A model generated the notes under the pieces. That model was not told the DNA's origin. It was given only the letters and a program-made list of their open reading frames with translations, and did no database searches. From Malacoraja senta (Eukaryota), in NCBI GenBank assembly GCA_038087875.1, contig CM075988.1:13330001-13394000 (forward strand): DNA of 64,000 bases, in the 5' to 3' direction. Below, one piece after another: positions 37,249 through 48,766 of the stretch (the stretch's first letter is position 1; every line of letters begins with the position of its first letter). The translations under genes were made by a program, and so were the position numbers.

Positions 37249-40200
37249 TTGTCTATACTTTCCAATTGTATTTAACATGATACGAACATTACATAAAATC
37301 AAGCGTTATGAAGGCATAGATAGTTCATTTACGTTTGAACAAATAATCTTGCAACTATAAGTACTGAATTTACTAGCAAATCAATTTACATTTCAGAAGA
37401 TGACAAGAAAAGTTCGCATTTTTTAAAGATTGTAATTGCTTAGATACAATATGCCTGTACTGGGATAATGAATGGCCGGATTCAGAGTTGTAGCGGAATA
37501 GATTTTAAACAAAACAAGATACTAAAATATTTTGCTCTCGGGGTTCACAGATCAAGGAAGAGGTGCACGCAGCGCGCCGTTAAGTACAAGAGCAGAGGCC
37601 GGGGAAATGTGTCCCCCTTTATTGAATACATGCTGTTCTTTCTCTCTAACAAGACATCACACGTTGCGTTGACTGTGTAAAGCACTCAGCAAGCCTGACA
37701 AAGGCAAGTCTCCAGGTCTGTCTCCGACAACCCGCTTCAAATGTCAGAAAGCCATGGGAGTGTATACAAGTCGCAGAAGTATTATTGAGAAACATTATCG
37801 GGTTTTCGGACCGTTTACATTCTGACAAGTGTTTCATTCTGGTCTTTCGATAATGACGGAGCTTTTCTTGCCCCAAGTGACAAATTTCGCTTTCACTGTG
37901 AAATAAAGCAATTAGAGGCTAAGGGGATCTCTTCAAATTCAATGTATAATGTCATTCGGTTAGTGCCTTTTACCCAAAACATAATCATGTTTTTAGACCT
38001 TCCAGATGGAGTCGCGACCTCTTGTATTGTTGCCTTTAAGCGCGTTTGCTCCGATTGTGTGGAGATATTTTGTCCACCAAATCCGCTGCAATTAGTATCA
38101 GTGTATAATGTGTGGATCGTGAACAGCTGCGAGTCTTGAAGTGCCTTCTCTCGTGAGTCAAATGGCTAACTAGAATATTTAGACTTCAGAAAGAAGCGTG
38201 GACCTCCAATAAACGACACACTCGTCAATTCCAGTGTAACATGTAGCAGAGACCTTAAATCAACACGTAATCGGCAGACTATACAACAACTATTAGCGAT
38301 AGGTTTACTTGGACAACTGAACGAAATATGTGGAAAAGCGTGTCTGATTATTTCATACAACTTGCTGTCATCGATTTAGAGTAATTTTGCCGCACAGCTC
38401 TGCTCTCCAGATTGAGAAATACCTTGCAATAATAGGGCTGTGTCGGTTTCACAATATCACGTTAGCACTTTAAATCTGGACGGGAAAGTGGATTTCCACA
38501 TGGAAGGATGGAGCAAGCAGTTCTGACCAGGTCTGTGTCACTGAAGTGGAAGAATGGGCAGCTTAATCCTAGAAGCTTCTTAGAAGCTTGTGGCGCTTCG
38601 GAGAACAGGAGCTGCAGTGTGAAAGCCTTGCAGCAGACGTTTCACTTGATGAGATGGACAGAAAAGCAGCTTACCTCTTCTTGTCCGCTCTGACGACATC
38701 CACAAGCTGTGTATTAGGACCATTTCATCGTCATTAATTCATTTACGTTCCCATTTGCCCCCTAACAACCACTAGTTACCGTGTTGTGCGTTTTAATGAG
38801 CCCGGGTCGTGCCCAATTCACCGTCAGCACAGCCTATGCACTCAACATCCTAGAAGGGTGACGTGAATAATCCTACAGAAAACATTATAGGGTGTGATAT
38901 GATAAGACCAAAGACGATTTTCAGATTCAGACTCCTAAAGTTCGTCCTACATTTAACATTCAAAAGTTGCCCGCAGAGCGCTTTGCATGCATCTTGTTAT
39001 ATACTTAATTAATGCGTCTTGTTTACTAGCACGGTGCCCTCTTAGATCTCCATTCGACGCCTCATACATATGGAACTCGTGACTCGCACTTGACGAAGTA
39101 ATGTTCTTTTAACGCTAATTGATTCCAGAAATTAATTTCTTCTACCTGCCTGATCGGATGGAAAGTCTGTCCTCGTGCCGAAGGATTAGCTCTTCCCTCT
39201 CTAACACCCCCTCTAATTATCTAATAGCATGGGCTGCGAGGATTCGGTCCCTGCTCAACCACTTTCCGCATTAATATAAAAAGATTGAAACTGTGATGGC
39301 AACTCGATTTCAACAAATTAGGGCGGGCACCGGGAGAGGGACCAGGAGTGCCTTCTTGTAAATTTCCCGAGCTTAATGTCAATAATTACGGCAATTTGAT
39401 GGGAAATGAGTCGAAATTATCTGCCGCTCTCTTCAGCGCTGCCGCGCAAAGGATGGCAAAATTAAAATAAAAAAAACACGAGTAAAAGGGAGAAGAGCAA
39501 ATAAAGGGAGGATCTGGCAGAGGAAGGTGCAATTAATCAGTGCGGTTCAGGGTTAAGCTTTTGATGAAAATTTATAAAAGTAGACACATAGATTCAATGA
39601 AATTAAACTGCGTGATTCCTAGAATAGGCTTGGAAAACAAATCGTATATTGAAACAAAATATGTCCCTTTAGGTTAAGTGTAGGAGTGTCTCAATTACGC
39701 GTTGGATATTTAGAAGAACCTAGATTGATTGGTGCATTGATCGGATACACCTGGGAAGAGGCGGGACGAGGCGAGGCGTAATTAAAGGAACCACAATAAT
39801 CAGTTTTAAAAAAATAGAGAATTAGAACAGTTGGTTCCAAGAACGTTCGTATGAAATGCCTTTATGGAAAAATAACAGTATTTTACGTCAAATGCATTTG
39901 CAGCTGAATAAATGTGTATAAAGAAACTGCCATCTAGTTCCAACGAGGTTAATGTTTAAGGTGATCAAAGATAGTGGCCCAGAATCTTCTAACGATAAAT
40001 TTGAAAGCATCCATTGAGATGTTTCCTGTAAGATGGTGTTCGAAGGGGCATTATCTGATTGTACAGTGCGCTTACCGACTCTTCTGTGTGGATGTAGCTA
40101 ACACACAGCCCGAGCAAAGAAATAAAGAGGTCAGGCTGATGATGTGGTGGGCTGCCTCGCCCCACCTCCCGCCCCGAAGGAGGAGGATAGTTCATCCTCT

Positions 40201-40832
40201 TATATAACGTGACCCTTTTGGATGTTATTTCGATCGCTATATTTTCACTCAAGGTGACAAAGGGATATCCCTTGGATTTTCTTTCTGTCGATATCATTAT
40301 CGTTAATATAATTCGAGTGCAAATTTAAAGTATGCAGTTGTTCCCATGCGCCATCACAGCACACCCAGGCCTGGCAACGCAATAAACAGTAGATTTCACG
40401 CGATGGGAATACAGTGTGAAGCTCCCTGCTAAAACGGAATTAACAACACACCCTTTCATTGGACTCAGGTTTTGATCATTCACCCGGTACCTGCCAATTT
40501 GTAGTTTCATGGTGTAAAATGAATACAAGAGTTGAGGTGACGGGGTCCATTTAGTGTAGCCTTGGCGAGATCTGTGTAGAATTAAAGTCTAAAGCGAAGA
40601 TAGACACAAAAAGCTGGAGTAACTCAGCGGGTCAGGCAACATCTCTGGAGAAAAGGAATAGGTGACGTTTCGGGTCGAGAGTAAAAGTCTGATCCTTTCT
40701 CAAAATACAGAGGAATACCCCAATGCCCTCAAAATAAACCAGGGAGCAAAAAGAGTTCAAAAGAATAGTTTAAAATGTCCTCTCCGCACCAGTCAATCAA
40801 TCGAAATCGATGAGAAATCAATCGAAATCGAT

Positions 40833-40960
40833 TCAGTCTGAAGAAGGGTCTCGACCCGAAACGTCACCCATTCCTTCTCTCCAGAGATGCTGCCTGCCTG
40901 TCCCGCTGAGTTACTCCAGCACTTTTTTGTTTTATTCAAGATTCCAGCAGCTGCCTTTTC
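40833..40960 (+). mobile_element. Penelope-derived terminal repeat with the best-preserved hammerhead-like core
   Basis: CTGAAGAAGGGTCTCGACCCGAAACGTC at 40838-40865; an oppositely oriented partial copy lies at about 40596-40680. Confidence 0.8.
40835..40868 (+). ncRNA. Putative minimal type I hammerhead ribozyme motif (representative copy)
   Basis: CUGANGA core, extra A, stem II GGGU-CUCG-ACCC, GAAA, palindromic ACGU as stem III, GUC cleavage triplet. Stem I is only 2-3 bp, so activity is unproven. Confidence 0.55.
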
Positions 40961-42469
40961 GCTTGTCTCGATTGGGAGCTTGGAACACAATTCCGTTTTT
41001 CTCTCTACAGGTGCAACGTTTATGCGAGCGCCAAATTAATGGTTTTCATCCATGCTCGCACCAAGTATAGGAAGTAGTGAAGAAAGTCACTGGACCGCTG
41101 TTTCACATAGCGAGGAGGTGTCTGGACGATGTGAATAGTGGAAGGGCGTAGCTCTTCCCGATGGTGGTGGGGGGGGGGAGGTGGTCGAAGACTAAAGGTC
41201 ACATGAAGGGGAAGACATTTTGGGGGGAAAACATTGTTTTTACAATGTGTGGATTGGGATCTGGAGTGCACTGTCTGCAGATATAATGGGAATGTGTTAC
41301 CTTGTAGTTGTCAAGACCCATTTGGAAAATAGGAGGCGAGGAAAACGCTGTAAATGGTGTTGGATTGCGGAAAACATTTTTTTCATAATTGTTAAAGAAG
41401 GAACTGCAGATATTGGTTTAAACCGAAGATAGACACAACAAACTGGAGTAACTCAGTGGGACATGCAGCATCTCTGGAGAGAAGGAACGGGTGATGATTC
41501 GTGTTAATTCGATCAGTGGTGCGGATTTTAAAATCCAATTTTGGGGGGGGAGTGTGAATGGCAAGGTCAGGATATGTCCTCCATCCATGAATGGCCACGA
41601 TGATCAACTGCTGCCTTAAAACACACCGGTCTTCCTGGTGAAGGTGGTCTCACAATACTAGTGGGTAGAAGTTTCTGTGATATGGACCCAGTGATGGTGA
41701 AGGAATGGTGACATATATCCACGTGTGAGTCTTTGGAGGTTGGGGGTGGGGGAGGGGGAGGGGGAGGTTGCAGCTATTTATCCCCTGTCATTGTTTGACT
41801 TCTGGCCCTTGAGTTTGTCGAAGGTGCCCAGGTGAGTAACCACTTCTAGTGGATGGTCTTTGATCATAGATAGGAAAATTGAACCTGTAACACGTGAAGA
41901 AGAGTTAAACACAGGATATCTCTGTGGTCGAGTGGAGACCAGGATAGATTAGATGGAACAAAAACTGGTTTGTTATTGAGAGGGTTGAAGGCTCTGTAAT
42001 CGTTACGTAGGTAGAAGAAAACAAATGAGCGAAAAAAGTGTTGAATCTGTAGGATACAAAACACGGCAGTTGGTGGGAATCTAAAATAGAGCCGAATGCT
42101 GGAAATGCCCAGCATGATCTGTGCATTAGTGGGCTGAGAAAAAAAATGGAAAGGCTGGTTATCTGAAATGACTGGATTCCCTGTTGTATTTCGATTTCAG
42201 ATGCTGGGAAACGGACACAAACGTAAATGGTCAGCATCTGTCCAGAGAACGGAAAAGTTGATATGGCGTCACTTCTAAACGAATGTGCTGCCCAGCTTGT
42301 TGAGAATATTTTTAAAAAACTGATCCTTCGTACACTTGCTTTGAATGTTGAAACAAAAATAAAACTAAGCAAGCAAAATCCACCTGGATGGTGGGTGGTG
42401 TAATTTGTAAGTTAATAACAGACATTATTTTGTTCAGGAACACCATGTTTTCAAAAGAGACGCGAAGCG

Positions 42470-42820
42470 CTTGCAGTAATTATTGTTAATTGACGTGTTT
42501 CATGACTCGCTTCGTTCAGTACCTGGGCCAGCTCCCGATGAACAACGCTACCTGCGCCAATATGCCCAGCAAGCTTAGTGATTGCTTCCTATCCTCCGCC
42601 CAGAGCTTCCCCATTGGCTAATCGCGGTCGTATTCCCTGGCGAAGTGCAAATCTTTCACTTCAGTAAATAGTCTCTCAACCTCCTGCAAACCTGTTACAT
42701 CAAAAAATAAGACTTTCGGCTGAGTCTCGCTAATAAAAGACCAGTCAGTGGAGTTTCCGCTCATAAACACAAAGAAATAAAGTAAACCTCTTTTGGACTG
42801 GCAGCTGGAGACGCGGAGCG
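42470..42820 (+). promoter_or_regulatory. BSX proximal promoter / 5' UTR
   Basis: CCAAT boxes (gccaat near 42555, attgg at 42613), GC box ctccgccc (42594-42601), TATA-like gtaaata (42664) and TAAT motifs directly upstream of the ATG. Confidence 0.6.
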
Positions 42821-43082
42821 ATGAACCTGAATTTCACGTCCCCGCTACACCAGGTTTCTGCCCAGCGACCGACCTCTTTCTTCATCGAAGATATTTTACT
42901 GCATAAACCCAAGCCCGTAAGAGAAGCCCCTCCCGTGTCCTATGCCAGTTCCTTGGCATCCCGCGTCCCTTTGCTGGAGTATGGATACCCTCTCATGCCA
43001 ACTCCGACCATCCTGGCACCTCATCCTCATCACCCACTCCACAAACCGGAGCACCATCACCCGTACTTTCTCACGTCGCCTG
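42821..43082 (+). CDS. BSX: BSX coding exon 1
   Basis: ATG at 42821; eh1-type motif FFIEDIL (42878-42898); His/Pro-rich segment; donor G|gtaagt. Confidence 0.96.
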
Positions 43083-46000
43083 GTAAGTCTATCTGTTAAT
43101 GATTAAGTTGGAGTAAACAGTTAAAGGGAGTGTTTATCAGTGCAAGAAAGGCAATGAGCGAATTTAAACTTTAAAGTGCATTTCTCAATAATTGCAAGCA
43201 TCAGTTGGCGGTCTGCGCTGAATATATGAAGCCGACAAAGTGTGAAAAAGTCACACTTGTCTTTTTTGTTTAGTTACCTGTTTTCCCAAGATTTAATCGA
43301 GCGAATTGTATATATATTGTTTGCAGCATACAACTCTTCTGACATGTATTCCGGGCAACATGAGTCAGGTGCCAAATGCTCAGATTGTGGGAATCTATAT
43401 GAAACCGCGTTGGAATATAAGGCAGTGAAAGTTTAAAAAAAACAGCGCTAGGCAAGAAAATAAGCGATTTCAAGCCAAAAACCAGAGACAAACGTTGATC
43501 TTTTGCTATACTGATTTTGCGAATGCGATTGCTTTCAATAAATTAAGCAAATGGAGCCTGTCTCTCATATTATAAAGTGGGACTTGACAACTTAAGTTTT
43601 AAACTTTTATTTAAAATTAAATGACAGTATTAAAATTCTTTCGACCTTGTTTCAAAGTGGAATTGTTGCTAAAGTCGTTGCAAGCTCGTGTGATTCAAGG
43701 GAAACACATTGACACCGACTTTAGCAATTTTTATTTTGAGCAAGAGTTATCAAACTATAGCTTGTTTCATACAAACCCGTAAAATAAAATACTAATTTTA
43801 AACGAGTATAAGTCGCCTTTTCAAAATCTTTTAAAGAAATTGTATTTCATCGAGCTCTTGAATGTTTAAGGATTTGGTTTAAAAAGTATTTCAAATGAAT
43901 AAGATTCACTTAGAGCAATTTTTAACCGATCACTTTGATCAAACTCTTAGTTATGTATTTTTTAATCTTCAGCTTCAAGTGAGAATTTGCCACCGCACAG
44001 CCTTCCTGGTTTAGTGTGCAATTTATTTTGAGGGTTTAAGTACCTATTGGTACCACGCCCTTTCCCCCACTCGGCCCAAAGGTGCACTATTTTCCTGACA
44101 CATAAAACATCCAACACGGCCTTGAAGTAACATAAGTACCTACAGCAGGTAAACTGCATTTTCTCCCCAGATTGAAACTTAAAACAAAACTCAACTCTGA
44201 ATCAAAACTGTGCCTTGATTCTATTTGACATGAATATCGAAAAGGTCATTAAATATATTGAAATCATCCAGGGCAAAACATTTAACATATTAGAAGACAG
44301 GCACGAAACGTTGGAGTGACTCCGCGGGACAGGCAGCATCGCAGTCCTGAAGTAGGGTCTCGACCCGAAATGTTACCCATTCCATCTCTGCAGAGATGCT
44401 GCTTGTCCCGCTGAGTTACTCCAGCATTTTGTGTCTTCGGTGTACTGCAATTCCTTCCGACACATTTAACATATTGATACATGTTCTGTATTAAATGTGT
44501 ATATGGAATGGCTCTCTCACGAACTGTGGTTATATAGTGTAAATGTCAGACTAGTACCAATATTAGGTACTTTTGTGAAGTTACTAAGAGACATTTAGAT
44601 AGACACATAATTTGACTTAGGACTGAAGAGTGCGTCCTAATGCCGGCATATAGAACCAGTATAGACGGACAGAAAGGTCGATAATGAGGTGGTGGACCGA
44701 AGGGCATGTTTCTGTGGTGTGACTCTATCATTCCATGAGTCTACCGCTTATTAATCGGGACTTACACAATAACTCGGCAACTTTAGTTTATTTAGCACAT
44801 TTAAAGTAGAATATAATGCTTCGCGAGCGCTATAAAACAATAACAAGACCTTTGACTAAAGAATGTGTGAAGATAAATGGGCAGAAGCATGTTCAAACCG
44901 GTACGTTCATCACACACACGGTAAATCATGTAAATGTAGAAACAAAGAACTGCAGATGCTGGTTTTTACCAAAGATAGACATAAAGTGCTAGAGTGACTC
45001 AGCGAGTCAGACTACATCTCTAGAGGAAAAGGATAGGTGACGTTTCGGGCTTTGAAATCGATATTTAGTAAAGCGCAGAATAAACGTAGACCTGTTCAGC
45101 TGACGAGAACAAGTTTGTTAAGAAACACATCATTGAGGATATATCAACGGACCATCTTTGAACCGAAGTACAATGAATACTGGTGTACATTCGCGAGTTA
45201 GTAAATATAATTATCTATAGACACGAGAAACTACAAATGCTGGAATCTTGAGCAAAACACAACGTACTTGGAGTAACAGCCGATCAGGCAGATCAGGCAG
45301 TATCTGGGGAGGAAATGGAAATTCCACATTTCGTGACGTGACTCTTCTTCAGACTAAATATCTCTATGCCGATTCTTGTCCTAACTATTCTTGCCAATCA
45401 TTAAGGGAGAAAGTGCGAACTGCAAAGTGTCTTTCAGCCTTTATCCTATTCTAACATTTCAGAATAATTCGTAATCTCTTTCGTGTCTTCGCAGTAAACT
45501 TTGCAAAACACATGGTGTTTTAAACTATCAAATATTCAATTGCCGTTATTGTCAGATGTGGCCGCTCATAATATAATTGATTACCTGCTGGTCCGAAGTA
45601 AAACCAGCGTTTGAAAAATAAACATATAAACTTTTCTAAACTTCAAAATGGATCTTAGCAGGGGACTAGATCAGAGGACTGGATATGTTCTCACCAAAGT
45701 CACTGTTGTTCATTTCAGTGTGTCCATATGGTGTTTCACTTCGTTAAAAAGACACGAAATGACATAAACTAATCAGGTATATTCAGCAATGGCCGACATG
45801 GTAGCTACTCTTTAAAGTGTCAACGATGTTAAGTCGAACTGATGCAAGAAGCCTATAAAAATAACCCCCTTATATTACAAGGTATCAGAGTGTGGAATCG
45901 AAAATGAATAGGAAGCTTCTGACCGGCAACGAACTGGTAATTCTTTGAACAGATAACCCAAAGTCGAGTGTTAACATGTTAATAGAGATCGCATCAAAGG

Positions 46001-46816
46001 ACAGCTCATATTTACAACGAGAAGGCATTTGAGCAGAAACTATCGTTTAACGAATAAATGACCAAATATTGTTAGATGTACATTGCCAGCCGTGTGTTGT
46101 TATTTTCGTATGTTCTTGAAGCCTAGTTAGACAGTCACAGATTTTCATTCGACCAACACGCGGAACATTTCAATGGGTTGTAACAATTGTTGAGCCGCTG
46201 GTTGAGCGGTTAAGCGGGGCAATTCAGAACATCTTCCTTTGGTTGACCTCTAGAATTCTTGGACAAATAGTGACGAAGGAGGACAAAACTCTTGTCATCG
46301 GTAGATCCAGCGAACAGGGGATATTTTGTCGCACAAATAAACGTTTACGGGGATGAATGCTGATTTTGAGAAGAAAATTGATATTGAACATTGTGTTCTT
46401 GTTATCAGTAGGAATGCACATGCCGGCTCTCTTCCAACACCCCCCTGAGCTTCCAGGTAAACACTGCAGGCGGCGGAAAGCCCGGACCGTCTTTTCCGAC
46501 TCACAGCTCTCGGGGCTGGAGAAACGATTCGAGATCCAGCGCTATCTGTCAACCCCAGAGAGAGTGGAACTGGCGTCCGCACTGAGTCTCTCGGAGACCC
46601 AGGTACAACCGGGAGCGCGGTTGCAGAATAAAACTATGTTGACTGAATTACATTTTGGTAGATATAATTTGTTCTTTAGACTGTTTTTCAAAATAATCTT
46701 ATTGCACAACATAAACCCCATTGATGCATATATCAAATGATATACAATATATATACATATATTTGTATCCTTCCTTCAGTTCCAATATCCTTCAGTTAAT
46801 TGTGTTTTCATTGCTG

Positions 46817-46895
<79 letters not shown>

Positions 46896-48466
46896 TATCA
46901 ATTTAGCAGTGTGGTGAAAACATTGAGATTTTCAAATCAAAATCAACTGATATAAAAATTTGGGAAGACATTTTAATTAATATTCCGAGAGAATGTGATC
47001 TCTCTACAAATAAGTGAGTTACGGGCGAGCAACTGGTTATTGGTTCACAGTCACGGTTTGTGTTACTAACTGTTGACAACAATTGTCAGGTCCGTCACTT
47101 CCACTGGACCGGGTCGGCGCACCTCCCCGTGACCTTGAAGGCGAGTTAAAAGAAAACCTGTAAAGCCTTGAATGAAATTTAATTCACAATTTCTGCTTCC
47201 ACTCATTACGCTATTTACATCCCTACGGCACCTGATTGTATTTGGCTCCAGCCCTTTATATATTAAAAAAAAACAGCACTGAAACTTCACATTCCCCCAA
47301 CCACACTACCACCGCACCAGCTACGCACGCTCCCCACCCCCAAGCGCGCACGCACAACGGGTCACCATAATAGAAACTTTAAACCATGTTTAACTTCGTC
47401 ATCTAAATGTCCGGGACCAGAGAGGAGAATTGCTTCTCAAACTAATATAGCGTCGAAATCAGAAAGCAGACGCCACGGTGAGCATCCATTATAATAGGAA
47501 CGGCATGTTATCCAACAAGTGAAAATGATGCAGTGCGTGAAATGAGTGAAATAAATCCTTGATCAAACGATTTTGAAACTTGGTCAACAGTGTCTACCTG
47601 GTCCAAAACCAAGTCACCTGTAGAAATATAAGAGTCCCCTTTGGAATATTGAACTTGGCTATCTTTCACCGATGCCTGTTTTAATGCTGAGAATTGTGAT
47701 CGCATTTTTTTTCAAATTCGAAGTGAAAGGAAGCGCATAATGAAATATATAAGAAGGAACTGCAGATGCCGGTTTAAACTGAAGATGGAGACACAATCTT
47801 CACATCATGAAATACTTCTGCTGGCTTTTTAAACCATCATATTGCTTCGATAGTGATTTAAGATGCAGAGTCCAATACATTATTTAAACGTGATTAAATA
47901 TTTCTTCTCAGTTTTAAGGAATTATTATATTTATGTTTCTACAAAAAAAAAAAAAATGTACTACATATTTTTTATAAATTCTGTGGAAACACATTGGATT
48001 TTAGGTTAGGAGATTGTAGTTGGGAATTAGTCCTTTGATTTGAAAACGAATTAGTCCCTTGATTTGACTTCGATAAAAAATATGATCAAGAGCGGGTAAT
48101 TTCACCCCTCGCCCGCTATCATATGCTGGGGCTTATCACTAAACTCGTTGGGTCAAAAGTGCTCTTCCTGTCAAATTCTTAGTTTTTTCTGGTTGATGTC
48201 TTATCCAGGTGAAAACGTGGTTCCAGAATCGAAGAATGAAACATAAAAAGCAGTTAAGAAAGTCTCGAGATGATCACGGTCAGAAAAACTCACCCACCGA
48301 GGAGCAGCGCCTCGACTCTAGCATCAGTGAGGCAGAAATAACCCCGGCAAATTCCATGGAGATAAAGTCTTTAGGCAGCCAGAACACCTTTCTGATAGAG
48401 GGTCACGAAGATGATGTGGATATTATTGAAGACGATGATATTTGCTCTACTGAGCATATAGCGTAA
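42821..48466 (+). CDS. BSX: Brain-specific homeobox protein; spliced CDS join(42821..43082,46412..46602,48209..48466), 236 aa (237 aa if the 46409 acceptor is used)
   Basis: N-terminus [25 protein letters not shown], homeodomain [45 protein letters not shown]|[14 protein letters not shown] and acidic C-terminus match vertebrate BSX; 262+191+258 = 711 nt in frame. Confidence 0.97.
44292..44461. mobile_element. Fold-back Penelope-derived short element with 14-bp TSD (BSX intron 1)
   Basis: acatttaacatatt at 44278-44291 and 44462-44475; inverted arms. Confidence 0.8.
46412..46602 (+). CDS. BSX: BSX coding exon 2 (homeodomain helices 1-2)
   Basis: Tandem acceptor cag-tag; encodes [28 protein letters not shown]...LSETQ; donor CAG|gtacaa at the classic Q/V homeobox intron position. 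Confidence 0.95.
46818..46887. repeat. (TA)n microsatellite in BSX intron 2
   Basis: About 35 uninterrupted TA units. Confidence 0.97.
48209..48466 (+). CDS. BSX: BSX coding exon 3 (helix 3 and acidic tail)
   Basis: Acceptor ttatccag; [19 protein letters not shown]...[19 protein letters not shown] then TAA. Confidence 0.96.
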   Translation: MKTWFQNRRMKHKKQLRKSRDDHGQKNSPTEEQRLDSSISEAEITPANSMEIKSLGSQNTFLIEGHEDDVDIIEDDDICSTEHIA

Positions 48467-48760
48467 AATAAGATTAAACACTTAAGATCCCGAAATACAC
48501 CAGAAAGAGCTACTGATCACACGGGAAATACTTTGAGACTGTCGGATTTGTCAGGCTGCGGGGCGGAAGATTGCAGTAACCCCGCCGACCTGACACGCCA
48601 ATCCCGGACTGTATCTTCCGATAGACTATACAACGGACGTTCTTTCCTGTACATAGTTAACTAACGAAAATTTAATATTTATGTCAAATGCTCTCTGTAC
48701 AATGACAACTGTAGCACTTGTAGAATTCACCTCGTTAACCACTTAAGTTATATAAATATT

Positions 48761-48766
48761 AATAAA
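48761..48766 (+). promoter_or_regulatory. Candidate BSX polyadenylation signal (second AATAAA at 48956)
   Basis: AATAAA about 300 nt after the stop codon in an AU-rich 3' UTR. Confidence 0.5.

Noticed and set aside
46357-46740. 127-aa ORF as a stand-alone homeobox gene
   Set aside because: Only 46412-46602 is exonic; the flanks are intron read-through, and helix 3 is in the next exon.
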